This document shows positions 1-10,098 of a stretch of 64,000 nucleotides of DNA, piece after piece. Position 1 is the stretch's first letter; each line of letters starts with the position of its first letter. The position numbers were made by a program, and so were the translations under genes. The notes beneath the pieces are model-generated. The model made no database searches. It was not told where the DNA came from and saw nothing but the letters and a program-made list of their open reading frames with translations. Origin of the DNA: Bacteroidota bacterium (GTDB taxonomy: Bacteria; Bacteroidota; Bacteroidia; Bacteroidales; CAIXZF01); assembly GCA_037132075.1 (NCBI GenBank), contig JBAXPV010000008.1, positions 49,883 through 113,882 on the forward strand, given 5' to 3'.

Positions 1-1727
1 GTGGTCTTTTTCCCATTTTCATGCGTGAGCGTAAGGGTGTAAAACCCTGGCTGCAGCTGGCTAATATCGATTTGTGAGGTAGTATTTCCCTGGCCGATGT
101 TCATTTGCTGATTCAGCACAACTTTACCAGTGAGGTCGAAAACCATTGCAGTAAGTTTTTCAGGGGCTAAGGTCTCAATACTTACATTAAGCACATCTCT
201 TGCAGGGTTAGGATAGATCATCGTTTCAGACAGGCCGGCTAAGACAGGTTTGTCATTAATTCCGAGTGCAATTCCGTTGGGTGTCATCACAAGTCCAACA
301 TTGCTGTTTACCGGATTGTTTGCTGTTAAAGTCGTTACATAAGGTGTGGTTGGCAAACCAGTAACTTCAGCATAAACCTTATAGGTACCCATGGCAAGAT
401 TTGAGAAATTGAACAGACCTGCAGCATCGGTATATTTTATTGAAAGGGCCTGGTTGCTTGTGTTCAGCAATAAAATTTCAACATGAGGCACCGGAGGACC
501 CTGAACGTTAAACTTGGCTCCCTGTGTTAAAATACCACTGATGCTTCCGTTTCCGGCATTGGGTGTCAACAGCTGAACCAGTGCGATGTCATAAGGATTG
601 GCTGCGGTTCCCAGTGTGATGGCTGTGGCGCCTGCCCAGAAGACACTGCTCTGGTAATAGGCTGGAGAATACGTGGTATAATAGGCTGAATTTGCAGCAG
701 GAGCGGCAAGGATGTAATAGGTACCTGCGGCAACATTGCTAAACCAATACATTCCTGAAGAATCGATAATTGTCGTATCCATCAGGTACAGATTGCTTGT
801 AGCAGGATTTTGAATATAAAGGTAGACCTGACCATAATCCAGGTAATTGCTGCCTGCAGTGACCTGACCAAAGAGATAAGGAACAGAATTGCCTACATAA
901 CTATATTGACTGGAAGTGGAAGAACATCCGTTACCGTCGACGACAGTCAAAGTAACTGTATAATAACCAGAGCTGGCATAAGTATGGGTTGCGTTCATCC
1001 CTGTTCCGGTGTTTCCATCTCCGAAATTCCAGGTATAGGTAATTGGAGCAACACCATTCAATGAGAAGCCGGCAAAAGTGGCAGTCAGTCCTGTAGAATT
1101 CTGGATGAAATAATTGGAACAAGGGAGAGCCCCTACCCAAATGCTGTCGCAATAAGTATCTGTGCAGGTGGCGCTGGTGATTGTCAGGCAAACATTATAC
1201 GATCCCGGGCTTGTGTAGGTATGCACAGGATATTGTGATGCGGAAGTACCACCATCGCCAAAAGTCCATGCAAATGTGGTTGGACTCCCTGTAGATGCAT
1301 TAAAAAAGCTAATGACTCCTGAAGTTGGGTTGCTGGAATCCGGAGCTGAATAGAACAAAGCCTGACAAGTAGTTGGCGTACCTGAACAAATCTGGAAATT
1401 TACCACCATGGTGGTGCCTCCGATAAATACGGATGTCTGGTAACTGGCATTCCCATTACAGTCAATGGTATAAAGATAGAAAGTGATAGGATTGCCGGTT
1501 GGAACACCTGTGGCAGTGGCCAGATATTGCCCGCTGCTGTTGGTTATCGCCTGGTTGTAAAAGAAAAAAGCCGGGACACTGCTGTCCGACATAATATAAA
1601 CTGTTTGGTTGGCTATGGGTAGCCCGCTAGTGATGTTTGTCACCGTTCCACTAATTTGGAGTGTGACTGCATAATTAGCCCCACTGAAAAGAAGCGCTAA
1701 GATGCTGATGAGTAGTAATCGTTTCAT
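1..1727 (-). CDS. T9SS type-A CTD cargo protein with PKD and carboxypeptidase-regulatory-like domains (3' end runs off the window; absent from the ORF track)
   Basis: Manual translation from ATG at 1727: MKRLLLISILALLFSGANYAVTLQISGTVTNITSGLPIANQTVY..., two PKD-type W.FGDG motifs, MIYPNPA CTD motif, ...QLQPGFYTLTLTHENGKKT at the window edge; clear paralog of 25748..27529 and 5014..6264. Confidence 0.9.
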   Translation of the reverse strand, partial: MKRLLLISILALLFSGANYAVTLQISGTVTNITSGLPIANQTVYIMSDSSVPAFFFYNQAITNSSGQYLATATGVPTGNPITFYLYTIDCNGNASYQTSVFIGGTTMVVNFQICSGTPTTCQALFYSAPDSSNPTSGVISFFNASTGSPTTFAWTFGDGGTSASQYPVHTYTSPGSYNVCLTITSATCTDTYCDSIWVGALPCSNYFIQNSTGLTATFAGFSLNGVAPITYTWNFGDGNTGTGMNATHTYASSGYYTVTLTVVDGNGCSSTSSQYSYVGNSVPYLFGQVTAGSNYLDYGQVYLYIQNPATSNLYLMDTTIIDSSGMYWFSNVAAGTYYILAAPAANSAYYTTYSPAYYQSSVFWAGATAITLGTAANPYDIALVQLLTPNAGNGSISGILTQGAKFNVQGPPVPHVEILLLNTSNQALSIKYTDAAGLFNFSNLAMGTYKVYAEVTGLPTTPYVTTLTANNPVNSNVGLVMTPNGIALGINDKPVLAGLSETMIYPNPARDVLNVSIETLAPEKLTAMVFDLTGKVVLNQQMNIGQGNTTSQIDISQLQPGFYTLTLTHENGKKT

Positions 1728-1783
1728 AATTTTTTGTTTTTTTAGGTGATATTGTGTTGTGATGAAATTCGTTCCTGACTATA

Positions 1784-1809
1784 AGACGAGACTTTTGCCA
1801 AAGGTTGGG
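1784..1809 (-). promoter_or_regulatory. Putative ECF-sigma promoter, class 1 (CCCAACC-N15-GTCT), for the T9SS cargo gene
   Basis: Minus strand reads ACCCAACCTTTGGCAAAAGTCTCGTCTTAT; fits the generic ECF -35 AAC / -10 CGT pattern and matches the divergent copy at 1862. Confidence 0.7.
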
Positions 1810-1861
1810 TTTCAAATCTAAAAAAAATATTATTTCCTTCAAAGTTAATAATAAAAGGACA

Positions 1862-1887
1862 CCCAACCTTTTCAAATTTCTGCGTCT
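1862..1887 (+). promoter_or_regulatory. Putative ECF-sigma autoregulatory promoter, class 1 (CCCAACC-N15-GTCT)
   Basis: ACCCAACCTTTTCAAATTTCTGCGTCTTAT upstream of the ECF sigma gene; same boxes and spacing as 1784..1809. Confidence 0.7.
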
Positions 1888-2014
1888 TATCCTTGAAAAA
1901 ACATTCTCCTGATTTCCGGTATTTTTCCGGACAAGCTAAGCAAAATGGGTATCCCACAGCTACGTTCGAAGCATAAAGCTTTCAATGCTGGCAGTCATAA
2001 CGACTGTTTTGCCT

Positions 2015-2022
2015 TATCTTTG
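2015..2022 (+). promoter_or_regulatory. Bacteroidota housekeeping -7 element TAnnTTTG
   Basis: TATCTTTG about 25 nt upstream of ATG 2047. Confidence 0.55.
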
Positions 2023-2046
2023 CCTGAAACCACTAGTCCGGAACCC

Positions 2047-2607
2047 ATGCAGATTGGCATATCCAAAGAGATGATTGAGAACTGCAGGCACAACGACCGG
2101 AAAGCCCAGCATTCCGTATATAAGCAGCTATTCAGCAATTCGCTGAAGATCTGTAAGCGCTATAGCAACAGTCCCGATGAAGCTGCAGAGGTATTAAACT
2201 CAGGATTTCTCAAAGTATTCACTCAAATAGACCAATACAACGGAAAAGGCAGTTTTGAAGGCTGGGTTAGCCGGATCATGGTCAACACCTCCCTGGACCA
2301 TCTGAGAAATGAGAAAAAATATCATGAGCATTTTATATTCCCTGAAAATCTGGGTGAAATCCCGGCAGAAGAAAGCTCGGATTTCCAGGTTCAGGAAGAG
2401 ATCAGTTTGGATGTTTTATACCAGATGATCCATGAATTACCACCAGCAAGCAGAATGGTATTTAATTTATTTGTTTTTGAAGATTTTAGTCACGAGGAAA
2501 TCAGTAAAGAATTAGGCATATCAATAGGCACTTCAAAATGGCATTTGTCCAGTGCCAGGAAAAGCCTGCAGGAAAAAATTACAAAAGTGTATCAGGAATT
2601 TCAATGA
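2047..2607 (+). CDS. ECF RNA polymerase sigma-70 factor (sigma 1)
   Basis: Region 2 AAEVLNSGFLKVF...GSFEGWVSRIMVNTSLD; region 4 LPPASRMVFNL...HEEISKELGISIGTSKWHL; start placed at ATG 2047, downstream of the -7 promoter. Confidence 0.93.
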   Translation: MQIGISKEMIENCRHNDRKAQHSVYKQLFSNSLKICKRYSNSPDEAAEVLNSGFLKVFTQIDQYNGKGSFEGWVSRIMVNTSLDHLRNEKKYHEHFIFPENLGEIPAEESSDFQVQEEISLDVLYQMIHELPPASRMVFNLFVFEDFSHEEISKELGISIGTSKWHLSSARKSLQEKITKVYQEFQ

Positions 2608-4133
2608 CAAAAACCATGGAAATGGATAACAACATAGACAAACTCTTTAAAGACGGCCTTGCGAAAGACAATCCGCCTTTCAAGGAGGAATACTGGCAAA
2701 ACTTTGAGAAGATGTTCAATGCGGCACCTGCTGCAGGAACGTCAGTAACAAACACCGGATTAAATTCCGTGCTTGGTTCTATAACTTTTACCAAAGGCAT
2801 CATTGCCATCGTTTCTGTAGTAGCGATAACCTCTTTGGTATATTTCGGCATAAAAAATACCCGCACTGATCCCCCGGCACAGCAGTTCACCGCCATGGCC
2901 ACTGATTCTTCTGTCTCAAACAATGAAAATAAAAACACAAACGCTAAGAGTACAAATCAGTTCCAAAAAAGCTCCAAAAATCCATCCCCGGAAAACACCG
3001 GAAAACAGTTATACTCCGAAAATTCAAATCCACAAAAACAAGCAATACAAAAGCAATCCAGTAATTCATTAAACATAGGAAACCCACGTAAAAATGCAGC
3101 AAACCCAACAGCAGTTTCTGCTATTAATTCAAAAGAAAAAACAGTAGTAATTAAAACAAATTCAGCAACAGAAAAAATATATTCCAGCGAATCTGGTATT
3201 CAACAAAATAAACCAAACTTCACAACAAATCAAGCGAAGCAATCAGCTTTTTCCAGCCAGGATAACTTAGCGGAAACCCCTGCTATTTCTAAGGATCAGG
3301 AAAATAATAAGCCGCTTGGGGAAACCATTTCAGAAAAGAATACTGTTGAATCTACTCCTGCTATAAATAAAGAAAACAATCCGAAAGGTGATTCAGAAAA
3401 AACAGAAAACAATTCAGAAAAGACAGCCAGCCAATCTATAACTGCCGTTAGGGATTCAACAGAGCAAACGCCTGAATCAACTGCAATCAATCCTGCAATA
3501 CCTGTTTTCGATATTAAAAAAGATTCCAAACTCAAGTTTTTTGTCGTGCCAGGAATTGCTTTGTTTAATACAATCGGGAATACCACTGATTTTAATCCTG
3601 CCACCAGGACTGCCTTTCAATTCGGACTTGGAATCTCTTATAAATTCAATGAAAATCTATCCCTTTGTGTGGAGGGAAATGTGCTAAAAATCAATGGATT
3701 CAAATTCGATAAATCAAGTATACAAACTGACTATCTTTTTAATGAATGGATGAGTGAACGCCGCATTGAAAACAGGGGATTCGCCTTCCTCAATGTTCCT
3801 GTTTTATTGACATATCATCTAAACCATCATAATTTCACAGCAGGCCCCACAGTGAGATATTTGCTTTCTTCCACAGGAGAAAAAACCATTAGAGATTCCA
3901 CCTTGAATATTTTGCAATACAGCAACAGCAAAGCGGATAATTACCTGTCTGGATTCAACAGGTTTCAGGCAGGGCTTGCCCTTGAATATTCATATGAATT
4001 CTATCATCAGAATGCAATCCTCATCAGGTATACGTATTTGTTGAATTATTTCAATGACAATAACTATTATGCAGGATCGAAAAACGAAAAATTGAATTCC
4101 TTATTTATCGCATTCAGGTTTCGGATTTATTAA
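2604..4133 (+). CDS. Putative dual-membrane-spanning anti-sigma factor (N-terminal anti-sigma segment, TM helix, long low-complexity linker, C-terminal outer-membrane beta-barrel)
   Basis: ATGA overlap with the sigma stop; IDKLFKDGL...EEYWQNFEK N-terminus; TM GIIAIVSVVAITSLVYFGI; long S/N/K/E/T-rich linker; barrel-like FLNVPVLLTY and terminal FIAFRFRIY. Confidence 0.78.
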   Translation: MTKTMEMDNNIDKLFKDGLAKDNPPFKEEYWQNFEKMFNAAPAAGTSVTNTGLNSVLGSITFTKGIIAIVSVVAITSLVYFGIKNTRTDPPAQQFTAMATDSSVSNNENKNTNAKSTNQFQKSSKNPSPENTGKQLYSENSNPQKQAIQKQSSNSLNIGNPRKNAANPTAVSAINSKEKTVVIKTNSATEKIYSSESGIQQNKPNFTTNQAKQSAFSSQDNLAETPAISKDQENNKPLGETISEKNTVESTPAINKENNPKGDSEKTENNSEKTASQSITAVRDSTEQTPESTAINPAIPVFDIKKDSKLKFFVVPGIALFNTIGNTTDFNPATRTAFQFGLGISYKFNENLSLCVEGNVLKINGFKFDKSSIQTDYLFNEWMSERRIENRGFAFLNVPVLLTYHLNHHNFTAGPTVRYLLSSTGEKTIRDSTLNILQYSNSKADNYLSGFNRFQAGLALEYSYEFYHQNAILIRYTYLLNYFNDNNYYAGSKNEKLNSLFIAFRFRIY

Positions 4134-4143
4134 TTTACAGATT

Positions 4144-4791
4144 ATGAAAATCACACAAAATATATATTATTTACTTGCATACGGATTATTGCTGATCGCC
4201 ACTTTAAGCGCTTGTCAGAAAACGGATCTGCCACCTTCAAAAACAGGAGATCCGCGCTTGTTTATCCGTGGCACGTTTAAAAATAAAAATGTTGACCTGT
4301 CAATTGGAAATTCATCGGTTACAGGAACTCCGGAAATGAAATATGTTTCAGAAGACAGTATGAATGTCCCGACTTTTATTTTTAATATTGTTGACAATCA
4401 AAACCCGTCAGGCTTGTCGGTAAAATTGAGTTTTGTTAATTATGCCAGTCAATTTGGAGTCATCAACAATAGGGACCTTGACAGCACATTTAAACCCGGC
4501 AATAAAAAGATTGACAATTACTTTTATAACCCGGCAAATCCATTTCGTTTAAATACATGTACTTTCCTGGTAAGTGACAGTACCGGCAATTATTCTTCAA
4601 GGAAATTTTCACCTGATAACAGTTATTGTGTTATCGACAGTGTCAGTGATCTCGTTTGGTTTGATCATAAGACGTATAAAATGATCTATCTGAGCTTTAA
4701 TGTAATGATGACCTCAACGCCATTCCCTGATTCCACTACATTTTTACCGTTTTCAAACGGGAAGGCTGTGATTGCATTCCCCAAAGAATAA
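4144..4791 (+). CDS. Lipoprotein of unknown function
   Basis: Lipobox LSA-C after a hydrophobic stretch; 10 nt downstream of the anti-sigma-like gene. Confidence 0.75.
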   Translation: MKITQNIYYLLAYGLLLIATLSACQKTDLPPSKTGDPRLFIRGTFKNKNVDLSIGNSSVTGTPEMKYVSEDSMNVPTFIFNIVDNQNPSGLSVKLSFVNYASQFGVINNRDLDSTFKPGNKKIDNYFYNPANPFRLNTCTFLVSDSTGNYSSRKFSPDNSYCVIDSVSDLVWFDHKTYKMIYLSFNVMMTSTPFPDSTTFLPFSNGKAVIAFPKE

Positions 4792-4795
4792 GACC

Positions 4796-4832
4796 AAAAA
4801 AAACAGCCAGAAAGCAAATTACTCTCTGGCTG
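4796..4832 (-). terminator. Intrinsic terminator for the minus-strand sigma-2 operon (possibly bidirectional)
   Basis: A8 tract followed by CAGCCAGA-N13-TCTGGCTG; hairpin then U8 on the minus strand. Confidence 0.7.
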
Positions 4833-4855
4833 CAGGACTCAAAATAATGAATAAG

Positions 4856-4985
4856 CTATTGTATTATTGAAAGTTTCATTGTTGTCTTCTGACTAGATTC
4901 ACGGGAAAGGCTCAGTGTATAAAGTCCGGGCTGCAGTTGGGACGTTGGTTGCATCAGCTTGATATTGGCCACTGGAATTGGTTAT
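4856..4985 (-). pseudogene. Collapsed remnant of a fourth T9SS cargo paralog
   Basis: Reads ITNSSGQYQADATNVPT, then in another frame QLQPGLYTLSLSRESSQKTTMKLSIIQ*, matching the N-terminal ITNSSGQYLATATGVPT and C-terminal QLQPGFYTLTLTHENGKKT of gene 1..1727. Confidence 0.8.
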
Positions 4986-5013
4986 CTAAAGTCCTTTGGT
5001 AAAGATTGAAATA

Positions 5014-6264
5014 TTACAGCCTGAAAACCTGGATTTTCCTTAGAGCAGGAAGTGCGCCATCCACCCGGATTCTAATAAAATACAAGCCGGGATTTAAAGT
5101 CTGAAGTGGGATTTTCAGTGTATTGGAACCCATCACAAACCGCTGTTCCACCTGCCTTAAAATTCTACCTGAGAGGTCGATCAGTTGTATGTGTGCCATG
5201 GCAGGGGTTTTCCGCACAACACATATGTTACATTCGGAACTTGCAGGGTTTGGGAAAGCCTGGGAAACCTGGGAAATCAATTCTGGCTCAGAGATCCCGA
5301 TGACATTATCCGGAACGACCAGGTCGACCAATGCTGCATCAGGAAAACCGTTACCGGCTTGGAAAGCCTGGGCTTCGAGAAATCTCCCGGGGATTTCAAC
5401 TTTGAGATAATGCAAACCCGGAGAAATCCCCTGAAAAGCATAAGCCCCGTCGGGCCCGGCAATTCTATAGTCAATTGCCTGCATCAGGCTGTCGAATAGC
5501 AAGACCTCCACATAGGCCAGGGGAAATGGGGAGGTCGCAGAACCCAGGCTGACGTTCCCTGAAACAGAAGCAGCACCCATGATGGCATTAGGAACAACGG
5601 AAAGGCTAATATCCGCGTTAAACAAATTCTGATTCAAGTGAATCATACTTGCCGATTGCCAAAGTAAAGAAGCCTGGCTATAGGCAGGGAAATAAGTTGT
5701 GGATGAAGGGCTTTCCGGGGCAAAGGCTTTTATCACATAATCTCCGCCGGGTACCTGGTAAAAATAATAAACGCCATTGGGATTTAAAGTGGCCGTGTCC
5801 AGGGCAAGATATTCAGGGGAGGCTGGTTTGTAAAGGATGACCTGCCCGGCGCTTAAAGGGAAAAAGCTGCCAAAGACTTGTCCGCCCAAATTATACAAAG
5901 GCGGAGAATAACAAATCGTGAAATTCTGAATGAAATTATATAATGGACTACCTACAATTGCAGCATGAACCTGGCTGTTGCAATCATAGGTATATATTTG
6001 AAGCGTATACATCAAATTCGATGGGACCCATAGCGTGTCGAAGTAGAATCCGCTGCTGTTCGTCAGGGTTGAATCGAAAATGTTGATCGTTGACAATGAA
6101 TCTGTGACAAAATAAACCTTGTAATTGGAGATTCCTGATCCGCTCGCAGAGTCTTTCACAAGGCCCTGTATCGTGACAGGCACATTGATGGTGCTGTCGG
6201 GTGCAGCCTCAGCAGTCAGCCTACAGAAAAACAACAAAAAGAAGATCGTCAGCAGTTTTTTCAT
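5014..6264 (-). CDS. T9SS type-A CTD cargo protein, carboxypeptidase-regulatory-like domains (PKD-less paralog)
   Basis: Signal peptide, TYDCN and NFTIC motifs shared with the paralogs, AFPNPA...GLYFIRIRV CTD. Confidence 0.88.
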   Translation of the reverse strand: MKKLLTIFFLLFFCRLTAEAAPDSTINVPVTIQGLVKDSASGSGISNYKVYFVTDSLSTINIFDSTLTNSSGFYFDTLWVPSNLMYTLQIYTYDCNSQVHAAIVGSPLYNFIQNFTICYSPPLYNLGGQVFGSFFPLSAGQVILYKPASPEYLALDTATLNPNGVYYFYQVPGGDYVIKAFAPESPSSTTYFPAYSQASLLWQSASMIHLNQNLFNADISLSVVPNAIMGAASVSGNVSLGSATSPFPLAYVEVLLFDSLMQAIDYRIAGPDGAYAFQGISPGLHYLKVEIPGRFLEAQAFQAGNGFPDAALVDLVVPDNVIGISEPELISQVSQAFPNPASSECNICVVRKTPAMAHIQLIDLSGRILRQVEQRFVMGSNTLKIPLQTLNPGLYFIRIRVDGALPALRKIQVFRL

Positions 6265-6274
6265 TTATCTGTTT

Positions 6275-7612
6275 TTACCACTTATAAAAGATCCCTGCCT
6301 GAACACCCCAATAAACAGGACTACCAACAGTAATTTTTGTCTTATCATATGGATCGCTCAGGTATTCGTTGATCGTAGGAGCCAGGTTGACTCCAAAATT
6401 CGGTTTGATGTTCCAGTCTATGTCGGCTTTAAGCATCCACTGAACATTGGTGCTCACATAGGATGGACTTGCACTTTCATAGCTATAAATATGGGACTCA
6501 GGTGTTAGATTCTGAAAGCCGTTTCCACTTTGATTAAGGAGGATTCCAAACAATAATCCCCCTTTTACACCAATGGTAAAGGCTCCCAGCTGTTTTTCCA
6601 TTCCAATAAGGACAGGGATTTTCAGGAAAGAATAGGTGGATTTGTGGCTGAATTTTTTGGTGCTAAGTGCTGAGCTAAATACTGAATCTGTCGAATAATA
6701 ATAATTCGGGACCAGCTGTCCACCCTGAAAGGCAAAGGCAATAGAGTCGAGGTTTTGATAGGTCCCCAGGAAATCGAAGCTTTGAACATTATAATTCTGG
6801 TTCCGGCTCTCACTATTATATTCCAATCCTGATTCGATCACAATATTGTTTCGGCTGTATCGAAGCGCCAAACCAGTGGCATATCTTGTAGAAGCAAAGG
6901 CTTCCTCGATTTTCCCCTTAAGGTATTCGGGACGATAATATGCAGTCAGCATATAATTCCCGGCAATCTTGAAATAAGGACTTTTCGTGCTTGAGTTCGG
7001 TAAAAAGCTATAGTTATAATTGTCTTTTCTGAGAGATTGGATATAATAAGTGTTGTTGATGTCAGCCAGCAAAAGAACTGGTTTTGGATTGATTGCGACA
7101 AGGGAAGCTAAAGGCAATTCTTCAATCGTGGTGATGGTTTCCCTTTGTCCGCCAGGCAGTATGATAGGTGGATACTGTTGCGTAAGCCTGATTTTATTTT
7201 TGGGGCTTTTTTCAAGGGGCACGCTATTCTTAAGATTTATTGCAGCAGAGGAATAGCCTATTGTTTTCTGATCAGTGGACAGCTCAGAAGTTGAAGGAGC
7301 CAGGGCCTCTTTTTCAGTTTTCAAGACTGATTTTTGAAGCTGGGGTATAACAAGCTGGGAAGATTGTTTTTCTTTGGAAGCCCTGGAATCCTTATTCCCG
7401 GCGATGAAATACACCAAGCCAGCAGTTACGATGAGGCCCCCGATGAGCGTCAACAAGATGCCACTATCTGAGCCAGGGAAATATTTCCCAAAAGGCTTAT
7501 AGGGTAATTTCTGAACAATTCCCTGCCATAACTCTGTGCGGGGCTGTTCTTTATAACCACCGAGCTTTTCCCTCAGGAGGTCATCGATCATTTTGTCTTC
7601 ATCACTTTTCAT
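6275..7612 (-). CDS. Putative dual-membrane-spanning anti-sigma factor 2
   Basis: IDDLLREKLGGY...ELWQGI N-terminus, TM ILLTLIGGLIVTAGLVYFI, linker, YSFLKIPVLIG barrel motif, terminal VQAGIFYKW; overlaps the sigma-2 stop. Confidence 0.78.
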   Translation of the reverse strand: MKSDEDKMIDDLLREKLGGYKEQPRTELWQGIVQKLPYKPFGKYFPGSDSGILLTLIGGLIVTAGLVYFIAGNKDSRASKEKQSSQLVIPQLQKSVLKTEKEALAPSTSELSTDQKTIGYSSAAINLKNSVPLEKSPKNKIRLTQQYPPIILPGGQRETITTIEELPLASLVAINPKPVLLLADINNTYYIQSLRKDNYNYSFLPNSSTKSPYFKIAGNYMLTAYYRPEYLKGKIEEAFASTRYATGLALRYSRNNIVIESGLEYNSESRNQNYNVQSFDFLGTYQNLDSIAFAFQGGQLVPNYYYSTDSVFSSALSTKKFSHKSTYSFLKIPVLIGMEKQLGAFTIGVKGGLLFGILLNQSGNGFQNLTPESHIYSYESASPSYVSTNVQWMLKADIDWNIKPNFGVNLAPTINEYLSDPYDKTKITVGSPVYWGVQAGIFYKW

Positions 7613-8192
7613 ATCCTGACAAAATTTTGTTTTCTTTTATTTCTGCCTGTAGCAGTAGTTTCTTTAAATATTTCCGGGCTTTGCTGAGTTGGGATTTCGA
7701 AGTATTGTCTGAGATCCCGAGCATCTCACCGACTTCTTTGTGATTCAACCCTTCAAAAACATGAAGGTTTAACACCATCCTGTAGCCATCGGGCAGTTCC
7801 TGAACCAGCTTCATCAGGAGTTTGGTGTCGATATTTGACTCCCCATTGCCCCCATTATAATCAGGCTGTGTGGTTTCATCATCAATACCCATCTCCTGGA
7901 TGTTTTCGACCAGGATAAACTGCTGTTTCAAGGATGCATGGTAGTGGTTGATGGCGGTATTGACCATAATTCGCCGCATCCATCCTTCAAAAGATCCTTT
8001 GCCGCTGTATTGATCAACCCGACCGAATACTTTCAGGAATCCCTCCTGTAAAATATCTTCCGCTTCCTCCCGGCTCCTGGAATAGCGCAGACATACGCCA
8101 AACATCGTAGAAGCAAACCTTTGGTAAAGTTCGCTCTGCGCACGACGTTTGCCGTCCCTGCATCCAGCTATCATCCTTTCTTCGGCGTCCAT
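7602..8192 (-). CDS. ECF RNA polymerase sigma-70 factor (sigma 2)
   Basis: AEDILQEGFLKVF...GSFEGWMRRIMVNTAIN; LPDGYRMVLNL...HKEVGEMLGISDNTSKSQLSKAR. Confidence 0.95.
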   Translation of the reverse strand: MDAEERMIAGCRDGKRRAQSELYQRFASTMFGVCLRYSRSREEAEDILQEGFLKVFGRVDQYSGKGSFEGWMRRIMVNTAINHYHASLKQQFILVENIQEMGIDDETTQPDYNGGNGESNIDTKLLMKLVQELPDGYRMVLNLHVFEGLNHKEVGEMLGISDNTSKSQLSKARKYLKKLLLQAEIKENKILSGYEK

Positions 8193-8212
8193 TCAGCTAA
8201 TATCAGATTAAA

Positions 8213-8239
8213 AGACAAGATTTTAACTATAGGGTTGCC
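8213..8239 (-). promoter_or_regulatory. Putative ECF-sigma autoregulatory promoter, class 2 (GGCAACC-N16-GTCT)
   Basis: Minus strand GGGCAACCCTATAGTTAAAATCTTGTCTTTT, ending about 20 nt before the sigma-2 ATG. Confidence 0.68.
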
Positions 8240-8395
8240 CGAAACTTCATATCAAAAGACATTTATTACAAAAAGACCTGTATTTCATCAAATTTCTTAA
8301 TTTTAGAAGCTGTAAATCGAAAATTTAGAACAATAGCAAACCCCTCATTTCCAAAATATTCCAAATTATTAATTTCGCAATCTGCAAGAAATAAT

Positions 8396-9589
8396 ATGAA
8401 AACTATAGACAATTTCAACTTCACCAACAAAAAAGCCCTGATCAGGGTCGATTTTAATGTTCCCTTGAACGATACGTTTCAGATTACCGATACCACCCGC
8501 ATTGACGCCACCATCCCGACGATCAATAAAATATTGTCTGAAGGCGGATCTGTGATCCTGATGTCACATTTAGGCAGGCCGAAAGATGGCCCTGCAGAGA
8601 AATATTCTTTGAAACATCTCTTGCCATATCTCCGGGAAGTCTTTACAACGGAAGTCCTCTTTGCCGACGACTGCATCGGCACCAGTGCCACAAGCCTTTC
8701 TGCTGCGCTAAAACCCGGACAGATCCTGCTTTTGGAAAACCTCCGTTTTTATAAAGAAGAAGAAAAAGGAGATGAAGCCTTTGCTGAGAAACTCAGTAAA
8801 CTCGGCGATGTTTATGTAAACGACGCTTTTGGCACCGCCCATCGTGCCCATGCCTCCACCGCTGTGATTGCAAAGTTTTTCCCTGTTGAAAAGATGTTCG
8901 GTTATGTGATGGGAAACGAAATATTGAACATTAACAAAGTCCTGGTCGACACCAAACGCCCGTTTACAGCCATCCTGGGTGGCGCAAAAGTCAGCGGCAA
9001 AATCCAGATCATCGAAAATATGCTTGACAAAGTCGACAACCTCATCATCGGCGGCGGGATGATGTTTACTTTCATCAAGGCAAAAGGCGGGCAGATCGGC
9101 AGCTCGATGGTAGAAGATGACTTGCTTTCTCTGGCCTTAGAAACCATGGAAAAAGCCAAAGCCAAAGGCGTAAATCTTTACATCCCAAGCGACGCGATCA
9201 TTGCTGATGCTTTTAACAATGACGCCGACAAAAAGGAATGCGATGCTTATCAGATCCCTGAAGGCTGGCTCGGACTTGACATCGGACCTGTGACCAAAGA
9301 ACACTTTGCAGAAATCGTCATGAAAAGCAAAACGATTTTATGGAACGGGCCGATGGGCGTTTTCGAAATGAGCAGCTTTGAAGAAGGGACGAAAAATATC
9401 GCCAATACTGTTGCTGCGGCGACACGGGCTGGTTCTTTTTCACTGATCGGAGGCGGAGATTCAGTGGCAGCCATCAACAAATACGGACTGGAGGAAGCCG
9501 TGAGTTATGTCTCTACCGGCGGAGGTGCTATGCTCGAATTCCTGGAAGGCAAGATCTTGCCTGGCATCCAGGCTATTGAGGAAGATTAA
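8396..9589 (+). CDS. pgk: Phosphoglycerate kinase
   Basis: [54 protein letters not shown]. Confidence 0.99.
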   Translation: MKTIDNFNFTNKKALIRVDFNVPLNDTFQITDTTRIDATIPTINKILSEGGSVILMSHLGRPKDGPAEKYSLKHLLPYLREVFTTEVLFADDCIGTSATSLSAALKPGQILLLENLRFYKEEEKGDEAFAEKLSKLGDVYVNDAFGTAHRAHASTAVIAKFFPVEKMFGYVMGNEILNINKVLVDTKRPFTAILGGAKVSGKIQIIENMLDKVDNLIIGGGMMFTFIKAKGGQIGSSMVEDDLLSLALETMEKAKAKGVNLYIPSDAIIADAFNNDADKKECDAYQIPEGWLGLDIGPVTKEHFAEIVMKSKTILWNGPMGVFEMSSFEEGTKNIANTVAAATRAGSFSLIGGGDSVAAINKYGLEEAVSYVSTGGGAMLEFLEGKILPGIQAIEED

Positions 9590-10098
9590 AAAGGACTCTC
9601 AGGAAGGTATTCCCTTTTAAGCGATTTGATCTCAGGCAAAACCAGCGGACCAATACATTTTATGGATTTGTAAAAGAATGACTTTTGCTGTTGTTCTTTG
9701 CTTAATACATCTCCGGAAGTTGCTATGTTGTTCACGATCATCAGTACAAAACTGAGTATCAACGCTTGTTTCAGAACACCAAAAACGATGCCGAGCAATT
9801 TATTGAGCCAGCCTAAAAGCATCATTTCAACTGATTTCTCCAGGACTTTTCCCACGAAATAACCTCCAATCATGACGACGATAAAAATAAAGAGAAATGA
9901 GAAGATGGGTAAGTAAGTCGCCTGGATATCAAAAGTTGATTTTAGAAAACCTGAAGCCAGTTTTGCAAAGTGAAAGCCGGCCCATATGCCAAGGATAAAA
10001 CAGATCAGGGTGATCATCTCCCGGATAAACCCACGGCGGAAACCTTTAAAGGCAGCCCAGGCCAGGAAAACACCGGTAAGGATATCAAACCACTGCAT
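9586..10098 (-). CDS. cvpA: CvpA family (colicin V production) membrane protein
   Basis: D-I...GFRRGFIRE, four TM segments, [10 protein letters not shown]. Confidence 0.9.
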   Translation of the reverse strand: MQWFDILTGVFLAWAAFKGFRRGFIREMITLICFILGIWAGFHFAKLASGFLKSTFDIQATYLPIFSFLFIFIVVMIGGYFVGKVLEKSVEMMLLGWLNKLLGIVFGVLKQALILSFVLMIVNNIATSGDVLSKEQQQKSFFYKSIKCIGPLVLPEIKSLKREYLPESPF

